A DNA stretch of 32,000 nt, from assembly GCF_021378375.1 (NCBI RefSeq), contig NZ_CP076228.1, forward strand, positions 120,001 to 152,000, written 5' to 3'. Every line of letters begins with the position of its first letter. Position 1 is the first letter of the stretch. The notes under the pieces are model-generated. The model worked only from the letters and a program-made list of their open reading frames with translations. It was not told the origin of the DNA and did not search any database. The position numbers and the translations under genes were made by a program. Source of the DNA: Wolbachia endosymbiont of Drosophila innubila (GTDB taxonomy: Bacteria > Pseudomonadota > Alphaproteobacteria > Rickettsiales > Anaplasmataceae). Below, in pieces: positions 16,938 through 25,811 of the stretch.

Positions 16938-19145
16938 TTGTGGCTCATATTATTTCTCATGCGTGTGATGGATAAAAAATGTCCTTTCCGCTTAGCTACA
17001 GAATTGAAGTCAGCTGCAGGCTTTGATGATGTTGTTCTCCAATGTAAGCAAAATAAAACAACAATACATAGGTTTGTGCAAGTCAAACACAAACAAGATG
17101 GAACTGAAAAAATCAGTGTAGGTAGCTTATTAACAAAGAGTGGTGAGTTTAATTTGTTGAAATACTTTATTGCTTATTTAAAGATCAAAAGTAATGGAAA
17201 GTTTAAGGGTGAGATGAAGTATTTTGCTATTGTTACGAATATTGATTTTGATTTCACAGATTCAGCACAACATGAAGTGAGAAAGCTGAGAATGATGTCG
17301 AGTGGAAAGAATAAAGAAAAGGAAATTTCAGTTATAAGAATAGACACACAAGATGAGTTTCTGGATGTAGGTGATGGTGTAAGATATAAATTTGATAATA
17401 GTATTATCTCATACTTGCAGGAAAATAAGGATTTTATAAAGGGTAAGGTAGGTAGAGAAGTCAGTGATAAAGAAGTCGAAGACTTTTTAAATGAACTAGT
17501 GTTTGCGGTTAATTTGCCCAATGAAAGTCAGCTAAAAGAATTGTTTAAAGGTGAGATGAGTGGTAGATTGGCCAAAAAGTTTGGCTATGTTGGTGACAAT
17601 GAAATCTTTTGCAATGACCTTCTGGAGAAAATATCAGACTGGGTGAAAGATATAAAAGGACGTTTTCTTTCGCCAGAAGAAGGAAAAGAATTTTTCCAAA
17701 AAGTGGAGCTATGGGCCAGCACTCTATGTGGGATAGAACGAGGGGTAAAGAAAGGGAATAAAGGAATTGATAAAATAGCAAAACAACAGCATAAGGATAG
17801 TAAAACACTGAATGAAATACATGCAGCTGTAACAGCGCAAAATAACAAGCAAAGACCCCATAAGAAACCTTATGGTCCTCGTGACAAAAAATCGAAAGCA
17901 AGAGAAGAAGGAGATATAGAAGAATCAGATGAATTTGATGAAATAGAAGCTTTAGAATTTGTTAAAAGGGCTTTGAATATAGAAAACAATTTACAGAATA
18001 AGGAAATAAAAAAGCTAGCACAGGAACTACAATATTCCCAATTGGCTTTAAAACTAGCGGTTACATATATTAGTGAAGAAAATATTGTATTTAGTCATAG
18101 GGGTAGAAAAAGGATTAGAGTTGGTGGCTATCTGAAAAAGTGTGAAAAGATAGCAGAGAAGCTACTTGACTTTAAGTCCGAATATAAAAGTGATCGTTAT
18201 GCTAAGGCAACTTTCATAACTTGGAAAATTACAATTGATGCTATAGTGCAAAAAAAATTTGGGCCGGAAGCATTGAGCATTCTCGAGATAATGGCCTATT
18301 TTTCTCCTAATGAGATTTATATAGAAGAAATCTTTTCACAGCAAGTAGCTAATGATAAAGAAGCGTTGTGGAATGCTGTTGAGTTACTTAATCGATATTC
18401 AATGATTAAATTAAGGAAAGGAGTAGTAAATATTTACAGACTAGTGCAAAAGGTGACTAGATTAAAATTACAAGAGAAAGGCCGAGAAGAAGAGGTCTTA
18501 AGGAAAGCTCTAGAATTGATAAACAGTTATGATGTATTAATAGATAATTCTATTGTTGCATCTGTTTGGGGATATGTGAGTAAGTATGGTGAGTTAATTG
18601 ACGAATTTTACTTTAATCCTATTTATGGTAAATGGAAATATACACCGTTGCATTCACTTGCCGAAAGTGGCAGTTATGAGGCAGTTAGGTGCGTATTAAC
18701 ACATATGGAAGAAAAACACCCAGATAAATTTAATTGTGTTGTTAATGCTAGGGATGGATCTGACAGCACTCCATTGTGTTCAGCTGTTGAGAGTGGAGGA
18801 TTGGACATAGTGCAATATTTTATCAATAAGGGTGCAGATGTCAATGCTAAGAGCAGATATGGTATCACTCCGTTACATCAGGCTGTTTATGATGGAAGGG
18901 TTGATATAGTAGAATACCTTATAGGCAAAGGGGCGGACATTAACGCTAAAGATGAAAATGGCAACACTCCGCTACACTTTGCTGCTATTATGGGAAATTT
19001 TGACACGGCTAGAGTGCTACTAAAACGCAAAGCAGATGTTAATGCTAAGAATAATAGGGGAATGACAGCATTACATTATGCCACTGATTTTGATCATAGG
19101 GATCTTGTGGAATGGCTTTTAGCTCATGGTGCATCCATCCTGTGA
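16938..19145 (+). CDS. ankyrin-repeat protein with a nuclease-like N-domain and an NB-ARC-like helical/winged-helix core lacking a P-loop (possibly a pseudogene)
   Basis: N-terminal 'GIDYQELW...ATE..(8)..FDDVVLQ..(16)..VQVKH' fits the DUF4297/Cap4-endonuclease-like pattern. 'LAQELQYSQLALKLAVTYI' is a GLPLAL-like motif. 'LSILEIMAYFSPNEIYIEEIF...LLNRYSMIKL...IYRLVQKVTR' is winged-helix-like. Five ANK repeats occupy aa ~568-735 (TPLH..G..D.V..L...GADVNAK). The open frame runs back to a TAG at 16896, which is preceded by an SD and an ATG at 16875. Confidence 0.8.
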   Translation: MWLILFLMRVMDKKCPFRLATELKSAAGFDDVVLQCKQNKTTIHRFVQVKHKQDGTEKISVGSLLTKSGEFNLLKYFIAYLKIKSNGKFKGEMKYFAIVTNIDFDFTDSAQHEVRKLRMMSSGKNKEKEISVIRIDTQDEFLDVGDGVRYKFDNSIISYLQENKDFIKGKVGREVSDKEVEDFLNELVFAVNLPNESQLKELFKGEMSGRLAKKFGYVGDNEIFCNDLLEKISDWVKDIKGRFLSPEEGKEFFQKVELWASTLCGIERGVKKGNKGIDKIAKQQHKDSKTLNEIHAAVTAQNNKQRPHKKPYGPRDKKSKAREEGDIEESDEFDEIEALEFVKRALNIENNLQNKEIKKLAQELQYSQLALKLAVTYISEENIVFSHRGRKRIRVGGYLKKCEKIAEKLLDFKSEYKSDRYAKATFITWKITIDAIVQKKFGPEALSILEIMAYFSPNEIYIEEIFSQQVANDKEALWNAVELLNRYSMIKLRKGVVNIYRLVQKVTRLKLQEKGREEEVLRKALELINSYDVLIDNSIVASVWGYVSKYGELIDEFYFNPIYGKWKYTPLHSLAESGSYEAVRCVLTHMEEKHPDKFNCVVNARDGSDSTPLCSAVESGGLDIVQYFINKGADVNAKSRYGITPLHQAVYDGRVDIVEYLIGKGADINAKDENGNTPLHFAAIMGNFDTARVLLKRKADVNAKNNRGMTALHYATDFDHRDLVEWLLAHGASIL

Positions 19146-19236
19146 CTACTGAAATTTTGCATTTAATTTATAGCTCCGCTTCTATCAGGGCATAGGATGA
19201 CAGAAGTGGGCTTTAATGGCTGTAGTACTATAGCTG

Positions 19237-19656
19237 TTATACTCCAAAAGTAAGTATTAGATATAACAAATAGAAGAAATTAGATAGAATGATTAAAGGG
19301 GCAAGGGTATAAAGGTTTAACTTAAAATAACCTGATAAAATTTGAATCACACTTCCAAGTGCTGGCACCCATGAAAGTAATGTAACTGCACAAATCAGTA
19401 GATTTTTTACGATTTTTGGTGTTTTATGCTCGTTCTCTAGTTTGCGGTATGATTTTCGTATAGAGATTGTTATTCTACCTAAATACCAGTTAACTATTCC
19501 ACCAAGGCTTGATCCTAGTACTCCAAAAAATAACATCAGTAGTGGAGTGTGATACGACCTGAAATAAAGCATGGTATTGAACACAAAACCTTGATGTATG
19601 GGTAAGACTAATGATGATACTAGACTATCTGTGAATAACAGAAAGTAATTTTCCAT
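19237..19656 (-). CDS. YqaA-family (DedA-related) inner membrane protein
   Basis: 139 aa. 'GSSLGGIVNWYLGR' and 'VTLLSWVPALGSVIQILSG' parallel E. coli YqaA 'GNSLGGLTNVILGR' and 'LLLSWMPVVGDLLCLLAG'. Confidence 0.7.
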   Translation of the reverse strand: MENYFLLFTDSLVSSLVLPIHQGFVFNTMLYFRSYHTPLLMLFFGVLGSSLGGIVNWYLGRITISIRKSYRKLENEHKTPKIVKNLLICAVTLLSWVPALGSVIQILSGYFKLNLYTLAPLIILSNFFYLLYLILTFGV

Positions 19657-19662
19657 ATGAGT

Positions 19663-21036
19663 TTACCAGGTTGTTGTACCATCTTCATTGTCAGAAATTG
19701 TAATCCCCATTTGTTTCAACTGATCCCTTATTTTGTCTGCAGTATCGTAATTTTTATTTTTTTTTGCAATTTTTCTTAAGTCTATCAACCTTTCTATTTC
19801 TTGATGATTTACATCCACAGCAAACCACTTTTCATAATTTGACTCAAGAAGACCAATAAATCTGGCACTCTTAACAAAACTCTCAGTTAATTTTAGCTTT
19901 TCACTTTCATTACTCATTTTGTTAATTTTTGCAGCCATTTCATGTAATATAGCTAGAGCTTCAGGAATGTTTAAGTCGTTTTTTAAAGCGTCTATAAAAT
20001 CTTTAGAAATCTCTGCGTTACTTTCATCAATATTTATTGTATCTAAACCACGTGATAGCCGATAAAATTTATTTAAGGTTTCCTGTGCGTCAGAAATAAC
20101 GTTTTCTGTCCAATCAAGTGGTTTTCTGTAGTGAGTTTTGAGCAGTGCATAGCGTATTACTTCACCCTTTATTCCACTATCTAGCAAATCTCTTACTTTG
20201 ACTATATTAAATAAGGACTTGCTCATTTTCTCTTCATTTACTGTAAGAAAACCGTTATGTATCCAGTATTTTGCAAACATTGATCCAGCAAATGCAGACT
20301 TACTCTGTGCAATTTCATTTTCATGGTGAGGAAATTGTAAATCTATGCCGCCACCATGAATATCAAAATCTTTGCCAAGGTAAGCATATGACATTGCTGA
20401 GCATTCTATATGCCATCCAGGTCTGCCCTCTCCCCATGGGCTATTCCAATAACTTGAAAGTTTGTAGTCAATATCATTTGCAGGCTTCCACAGCACAAAA
20501 TCTCCCGGGTGCTTTTTATTTTCATTAACTTCAACTCTGCTACCTGGAACCAATTCATCAGTTTTTTTTCCTGATAAAGCACCATATTCATGGTAAGATT
20601 CTATATTAAAATACACATGTTTGTCAGATTCATAAGCGTGGCCTGATTGTAGCAAATGTTCAATTAATTTTATAATATAATCTACGTTTTTCGTTGCTTT
20701 TGGCTCGTGTGTTGGCTCTGCACAATTTATGCTTCTCATATCTTCATGAAAAGCCTTGGTGTAATATGTGCTGATACTTTCTATGTTGCTATTTTTTTCA
20801 CTTGCTGCATTAATTATCTTATCATCAATGTCGGTTATGTTACGCACATAGGTAACTTTGCCATAACAAAACTTAAGTAGCTGAAATAACACATCATACA
20901 CAACAACAGACCGTGCATTGCCTATATGTGCTGTGTCATATACTGTTGGTCCGCAAACATACATTTTCACATGATCTTTATCGATAGGTGTAAAAAGCTC
21001 CTTTTTTTTTGTTAAGGTGTTGTAAAGCCTAACCAT
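19663..21036 (-). CDS. cysS: cysteine--tRNA ligase
   Basis: '[33 protein letters not shown]' and 'KMSKS'. The start is placed at the ATG at 21036. The 11-codon extension in the ORF track lies over the exoD 3' end. Confidence 0.95.
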   Translation of the reverse strand: MVRLYNTLTKKKELFTPIDKDHVKMYVCGPTVYDTAHIGNARSVVVYDVLFQLLKFCYGKVTYVRNITDIDDKIINAASEKNSNIESISTYYTKAFHEDMRSINCAEPTHEPKATKNVDYIIKLIEHLLQSGHAYESDKHVYFNIESYHEYGALSGKKTDELVPGSRVEVNENKKHPGDFVLWKPANDIDYKLSSYWNSPWGEGRPGWHIECSAMSYAYLGKDFDIHGGGIDLQFPHHENEIAQSKSAFAGSMFAKYWIHNGFLTVNEEKMSKSLFNIVKVRDLLDSGIKGEVIRYALLKTHYRKPLDWTENVISDAQETLNKFYRLSRGLDTINIDESNAEISKDFIDALKNDLNIPEALAILHEMAAKINKMSNESEKLKLTESFVKSARFIGLLESNYEKWFAVDVNHQEIERLIDLRKIAKKNKNYDTADKIRDQLKQMGITISDNEDGTTTW

Positions 21037-21685
21037 ATACGAAGCTTTTGAGAAAAGAAAATGCCCCAATGATAAGTTGTGGCCCTTTGACTACTACAAC
21101 AAGAGTAAGCAATAGCCCACACAATGATATTAAAACTCCCAATATGGATAGAAACCCATCTTTACTCATAATGCCAAGCGAAATAAGAGTCGTACCAATT
21201 GCAGGAATGAAGTTAGTAAGAGGCAATGGAAGAGCTATCGATAATGCAGAAAGCAACATTACAAAAGCTAAAATCTTTTCACCGGGCCCATAGAAAATGA
21301 AAGACAGTCTTGGCTTCATGAATTTTTCTATTTTTTCTAATACAGGGGAAGTTTTCTCTACCACAAGAGCTAGTGTTGAACGCTGAAAAGATCTTCTTTC
21401 TAGCCAACTGGGCATCCAAGGAGAATCAAATCCAAATAGAAGCTGCAGTGAGAATAAGATTAAAGGTATAGAAAGAATAGTTGTATAACCAGGTGGAACC
21501 GGTATAGGCACCGATAGCGGCAAGGAGAAGATGATTATTAAAATACTAAAACCGCGCTCATGCAAAGCTGTTTTAATGTCAAACAAAGTTACTTTATTGC
21601 TATCATTGTTATTGGTATCTGCAACCTCTTTTAGAATATCAGAAGCTAGTTTATCACTTTTAGTCAACTTATCATTTTTTGACAC
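21029..21685 (-). CDS. ExoD-family membrane protein, copy 1
   Basis: 218 aa with '[44 protein letters not shown]...[11 protein letters not shown]', the ExoD-family pattern. GTG start. Its 3' end overlaps the cysS start by 8 nt. Confidence 0.8.
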   Translation of the reverse strand: MSKNDKLTKSDKLASDILKEVADTNNNDSNKVTLFDIKTALHERGFSILIIIFSLPLSVPIPVPPGYTTILSIPLILFSLQLLFGFDSPWMPSWLERRSFQRSTLALVVEKTSPVLEKIEKFMKPRLSFIFYGPGEKILAFVMLLSALSIALPLPLTNFIPAIGTTLISLGIMSKDGFLSILGVLISLCGLLLTLVVVVKGPQLIIGAFSFLKSFVYG

Positions 21686-21775
21686 GAAAAACCTTTGATA
21701 AAAATAATTCTTAACACAATTATTGTTTTATTTCAATATGCATTATTCATTTTGCGCTAGTAATTCGTTCTTTTG

Positions 21776-22432
21776 TTAAAGTGTTGTAAAGCTTTTAAGA
21801 AGAGAAAGTGCTCCGGTTATAAGTTGTGGTCCTTTGACTATTACAACAAGAGTAAGCAACAACGCGCACAATGATACTAAAACTCCCAATATGGATAGAA
21901 ACCCGTCTTTACTCATAATGCTAAGTGAAATAAGAGTTGTGCCAATTGCAGGAAGGAAGTGAGTAAAAGGTAATGGAAGAGCTATTATTATTGCACAAAG
22001 CAACATCATAAAAGCCAGAATCTTCTCACCAGGCCCATAGAAAATGAAAGACAGTCTTGGCTTCATGAATTTTTCTATTTTTTCTAATACAGGGGAAGTT
22101 TTCTCTACCACAAGAGCTAGTGTTGAACGCTGAAAAGATCTTCTTTCTAGCCAACTGGGCATCCAAGGAGAATCAAATCCAAATAGAAGCTGCAGTGAGA
22201 ATAAGATTAAAGGTATAGAAAGAATAGTTGTATAACCAGGTGGAACCGGTATAGGCACCGATAGCGGCAAGGAGAAGATGATTATTAAAATACTAAAACC
22301 GCGCTCATGCAAAGCTGTTTTAATGTCAAACAAAGTTACTTTATTGCTATCATTGTTATTGGTATCTGCAACCTCTTTTAGAATATCAGAAGCTAGTTTT
22401 TTATCTTTAGTTAGTTTCTCACTTTTTTGCAC
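21776..22432 (-). CDS. ExoD-family membrane protein, copy 2 (tandem paralogue)
   Basis: 218 aa, offset exactly 747 bp from copy 1. Nucleotides 22032-22399 are identical to 21285-21652. Confidence 0.8.
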   Translation of the reverse strand: MQKSEKLTKDKKLASDILKEVADTNNNDSNKVTLFDIKTALHERGFSILIIIFSLPLSVPIPVPPGYTTILSIPLILFSLQLLFGFDSPWMPSWLERRSFQRSTLALVVEKTSPVLEKIEKFMKPRLSFIFYGPGEKILAFMMLLCAIIIALPLPFTHFLPAIGTTLISLSIMSKDGFLSILGVLVSLCALLLTLVVIVKGPQLITGALSLLKSFTTL

Positions 22433-22559
22433 AATTATCCTTTAATAAAATATTCCTCTTAAGCTAACATAGTTGTTGCTGTATTTCAATATTTGTTATT
22501 TATTTCATACCAACACTTCATCTCTTTCATTCTTTAACCTGACTAAGTTTTTAAACAGA

Positions 22560-22583
22560 TGACATGCACTAAGGTGCATGTCA
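22560..22583 (-). terminator. hairpin downstream of tatA (candidate terminator)
   Basis: TGACATGCAC-taag-GTGCATGTCA, a perfect 10-bp stem 16 nt after the tatA stop. The trailing T-run on the minus strand is weak (TCTGTTT). Confidence 0.4.
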
Positions 22584-22598
22584 CGAAGTATGAGGACG

Positions 22599-22766
22599 CT
22601 AACGATCTGGTTCATTAAACGATAATTTTTCTGAGTCCTTAAGCTCCTGTTTAAGGTTTTTGATGCCTTTTCCTAAATCACCCATAACTTGCGGTAATCT
22701 GCCTGCACCAAACAGAACTAAAATTATTATTAAGACTAGAAACAATTGCCATGGTCCTAAACTCAT
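22599..22766 (-). CDS. tatA: twin-arginine translocase subunit TatA/E
   Basis: 55-aa ORF missing from the ORF track because it is under 60 aa: [63 protein letters not shown] Shine-Dalgarno sequence lies 5 nt upstream of the ATG. Confidence 0.85.
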   Translation of the reverse strand: MSLGPWQLFLVLIIILVLFGAGRLPQVMGDLGKGIKNLKQELKDSEKLSFNEPDR

Positions 22767-22894
22767 TTTCACCTCCATTTAAAATATTGACCTTTAAATA
22801 TTAAAACTTGACTGAAGTCAAGTAACACATAGATTATATCACCTTTATTTAATTATAAATCAAGGTTTTTTAATTATTTTATAACAATCCCAAA

Positions 22895-23668
22895 CTAGAT
22901 TATTTTCTTGCAGCGAATAAGTGGAAACTTTTCGCTTAACTGTAGAGTAGAAGAGAGCTCACTCAAAAACTTTGCTAGCGTATCATCTTTAGGCTTATGG
23001 TATATATCGCTAGAAACTCCTGATTGAATAATTTTACCATTTTTCATTACGTAGATAAAATCTGCAACTTTCAATGCTTCTTGCGGGTCATGAGTTACCA
23101 TTAGCACAGGGATATTTTTACTTCTAAAAAGGGACAATATATGTTGTCTTATTCGGCACTTGAGCAGTATATCTAAATTAGAAAATGGTTCATCTAACAA
23201 CACAACATCAGGGTTTTGTGCCATCACTCTTGCTATTGCAACTAATTGTTGCTGTCCTCCAGATAAGGCATTAGGGTACATATTTTCATATTTTTCTATA
23301 TTGAGTAACTTCAAGATTTCCAATGCAATTAGGTGCTTTTCTCTCTTGGAAGAGCTGCGGATAGCAAAGGTTATATTTTCTACTACTGTTTTATGAGGAA
23401 ATAATGCAGAATGCTGAAAAATCAATCCGATATTTCTATGCTCTATAGCGACTGATGCCTTATTACTTGCAACTAACCTATCATTTATAAAAATAGTTCC
23501 AGATTTTGGATTTTCTATCCCCGCAATTAATTTCAAAATTGTTGACTTGCCACAGCCAGAATGCCCCAATAAACATGCAACATTTCCTTTCTTTACTTTA
23601 ATGTTTATATTGCTTAAAGCAAAGTCGTTTTGATTGTTATAGAAATAACCAATATTGTTAACTAGCAT
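22895..23668 (-). CDS. ABC transporter ATP-binding protein (FbpC/PotA-like importer ATPase)
   Basis: 257 aa with Walker A 'GHSGCGKST', signature 'LSGGQQQ' and Walker B 'VVLLDEP'. No permease gene is adjacent. Confidence 0.85.
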   Translation of the reverse strand: MLVNNIGYFYNNQNDFALSNINIKVKKGNVACLLGHSGCGKSTILKLIAGIENPKSGTIFINDRLVASNKASVAIEHRNIGLIFQHSALFPHKTVVENITFAIRSSSKREKHLIALEILKLLNIEKYENMYPNALSGGQQQLVAIARVMAQNPDVVLLDEPFSNLDILLKCRIRQHILSLFRSKNIPVLMVTHDPQEALKVADFIYVMKNGKIIQSGVSSDIYHKPKDDTLAKFLSELSSTLQLSEKFPLIRCKKII

Positions 23669-23815
23669 TAATCTTACTTAAACCATGTTATTAAATATAA
23701 TAGCATTATACTCAAGAAGTACAGAAATGTTTTTTGTCGTCATAAATTGGTTATGCAAGAAATCTAGAAAAGAAAGGATTTTTTGCTATAATTTTACATG
23801 AATGGTAGGAAATAC

Positions 23816-23892
23816 GGGACTATAGCTCAGCAGGATAGAGCGTTGGACTCCTAATCTGAAGGTCGTGCGTTCGAATCGCACTAGTCCCACCA
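23816..23892 (+). tRNA. tRNA-Arg (anticodon CCU), CCA encoded
   Basis: Acceptor GGGACTA/TAGTCCC, D-arm GCTC..GAGC, anticodon loop CT-CCT-AA, T-arm GTGCG-TTCGAAT-CGCAC. Confidence 0.92.
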
Positions 23893-23993
23893 CATTGCTT
23901 CACAAATTTTATGGAGATTTTTTTTCACAAATACGCACACCTTTTTTTGCGGTTTTAAGATATAAATTCCCTAATAATAAAACGGGTTTTGTG

Positions 23994-25811
23994 TCATTCC
24001 AGTACTCCTCTCTTATAATTCACGTATTTAAGAATGATTTCTGCTAAACCTTTACTAATTCCAGGTACGTTTTGAATTTCAGCCAGAGAAGCTTTGCTTA
24101 TATTTTTCACTGAACCAAAATAAGACATCAACGCTTTTTTTCTTTTGTTGCCAATGCCGGGTATTTTGCTTAATTGTGAAACTATAAACTGTTTATCGCG
24201 TTTTTTTCTATGTGAAGTTATCGCAAAACGGTGGGCTTCATTACGCAGCGATTGTAAGTAAAGCATGACTTTGCTGTCATTTGCCAGACTGAATTCTTCC
24301 CTGCCCAGCATATAAAATCTTTCATTTCCTGCGTTACGATCAGGACCTTTTGCCATACAAGCAAAAGGAACGTTTATATTCAATACTTCCAGTACATTCT
24401 GTACTATGGAAACATGTCCTGGTCCACCATCAATCAGTAAAAAATCAGGTATTATGCCTTTTATATTGCCGGAGAAACGTCTGGTTAGCACTTCCCTCAT
24501 CATTTTATAGTCATCGCCTGAAAATTTTTCCTTTATAGTAAATTTTCTGTACTCACTCTTTAAAAAACCCTCCTGCCCTGCAACAATCATCACACCAATT
24601 TGCTGGCTTCCAGAAATATGGCTATTATCATAAACCTCGATACGCTTTGGAATGTTTGGTAACAAGAAGATTTTGCTAAGCTCCTCAAGCTTTTCTAGGT
24701 TATTTCTATAATCGATAAGCTTCTGCTCTAAGCTATGCTGAGAGTTATCATAAACAAATTTCAATAAATCACGCTCTTTTTTATTCTTTGCATGCAGAAC
24801 TTTTACTGGCTTTTGAGCAACCTTATATAGTGCTTGTTCTATAATTTCCTTATCCACAATAGAATCTGGAACGTAAATTTGTATTGGAGGTATGTTAGCT
24901 GAATTATAAAAATTGACCAAAAAGGTGGATAAAATTTCATCATTTGAGTGATCACCACAGTTCTCGGCAAAGTAAGGAGTGCTGCCGTAGTTGTCTTTAT
25001 TTCTAAACGATAACACACTAATACATGCTAGATCCTCTTCACGTACAATACTGAAGAAATCTGCATCTTTTTCAAAAGAAAAATCCGTGTGCTGTATTTG
25101 AATTTGCTCAAGAAACTTTACCCGATCTCTATATATAGCAGCAAGCTCATAGTTTTCTTCACTGCTGCACTTTCTCATTGTGAAAAGTAACTGTTCTTTC
25201 ACTTCCTTATTTCTTCCAAGCAATGTATTTCGTGCCTGTTTTACTGATTGGCAGTAGTCGTCTTTTGTGATTTTGTTTATGCATGGTGCTGAGCAGCGCT
25301 TAATTTGATATTCAATACATGGTCTTTTTGTTGAGGAAAAGTATTGATCTGAACATACTCTTAGGAGAAAAGCTTTTTGCAATGACAATATAGTTTGCTT
25401 AACAGCAGCGGCAGATGTAAAGGGACCATAATAATGAAACTCATTTTTCTTAAATTTGCCTCTATATTTTGCTATTCTTGGATAATCGTGCTTGGAAATT
25501 GTTATATAAGGATAAAATTTTCCATCCTTGAGCACAATATTATAAAGTGGTTTCAATGATTTTATTAGCTGTGCTTCAAGAAGCAGTGCTTCGATTTCAT
25601 TCTCAGTGATGAATATTTCAACCTTAATAACCTGTAAGAGCATAACTCTAATTCGTTCAGAAAGGTTTTCGAATTGAAGGTAGTCGGATAACCTTGACTT
25701 TAAGTTTTTTGCTTTTCCAACATATAAAACTTTATTCTTATCTCCAACCATCTTATACACGCCACAGGATTGTGGAGATGATTTGATTTGTTCTTTATAT
25801 TGCCTGAGCAT
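23994..25811 (-). CDS. uvrC: excinuclease ABC subunit C
   Basis: 605 aa. N-terminal GIY-YIG ('GVYKM....VLYVGKAKNLKSR') and a C-terminal HhH region. The start overlaps the glyS stop by 17 nt. Confidence 0.95.
   Translation of the reverse strand: MLRQYKEQIKSSPQSCGVYKMVGDKNKVLYVGKAKNLKSRLSDYLQFENLSERIRVMLLQVIKVEIFITENEIEALLLEAQLIKSLKPLYNIVLKDGKFYPYITISKHDYPRIAKYRGKFKKNEFHYYGPFTSAAAVKQTILSLQKAFLLRVCSDQYFSSTKRPCIEYQIKRCSAPCINKITKDDYCQSVKQARNTLLGRNKEVKEQLLFTMRKCSSEENYELAAIYRDRVKFLEQIQIQHTDFSFEKDADFFSIVREEDLACISVLSFRNKDNYGSTPYFAENCGDHSNDEILSTFLVNFYNSANIPPIQIYVPDSIVDKEIIEQALYKVAQKPVKVLHAKNKKERDLLKFVYDNSQHSLEQKLIDYRNNLEKLEELSKIFLLPNIPKRIEVYDNSHISGSQQIGVMIVAGQEGFLKSEYRKFTIKEKFSGDDYKMMREVLTRRFSGNIKGIIPDFLLIDGGPGHVSIVQNVLEVLNINVPFACMAKGPDRNAGNERFYMLGREEFSLANDSKVMLYLQSLRNEAHRFAITSHRKKRDKQFIVSQLSKIPGIGNKRKKALMSYFGSVKNISKASLAEIQNVPGISKGLAEIILKYVNYKRGVLE

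Noticed and set aside
17730-17780. 'GVKKGNKG' as a possible degenerate Walker A in the ankyrin protein
   Set aside because: It does not fit GxxxxGK[ST], no Walker B or sensor motifs follow it, and it sits in a low-complexity K-rich linker.
17174-17901. Three minus-strand ORFs antisense to the ankyrin gene
   Set aside because: They are shadow frames inside a 735-codon sense ORF that has recognisable domains. They are low-complexity S/L/F-rich.
16875-19145. Ankyrin gene as part of a prophage WO eukaryotic-association module
   Set aside because: No phage structural, lysis or recombinase genes flank it in this window. Its neighbours are gatB and a yqaA-like gene followed by cysS.
21037-21069. 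11-codon N-terminal extension of cysS ([11 protein letters not shown])
   Set aside because: CysS homologues begin at the 'MVRLYNTLT' equivalent. The extension simply reads through the 3' end of exoD copy 1.
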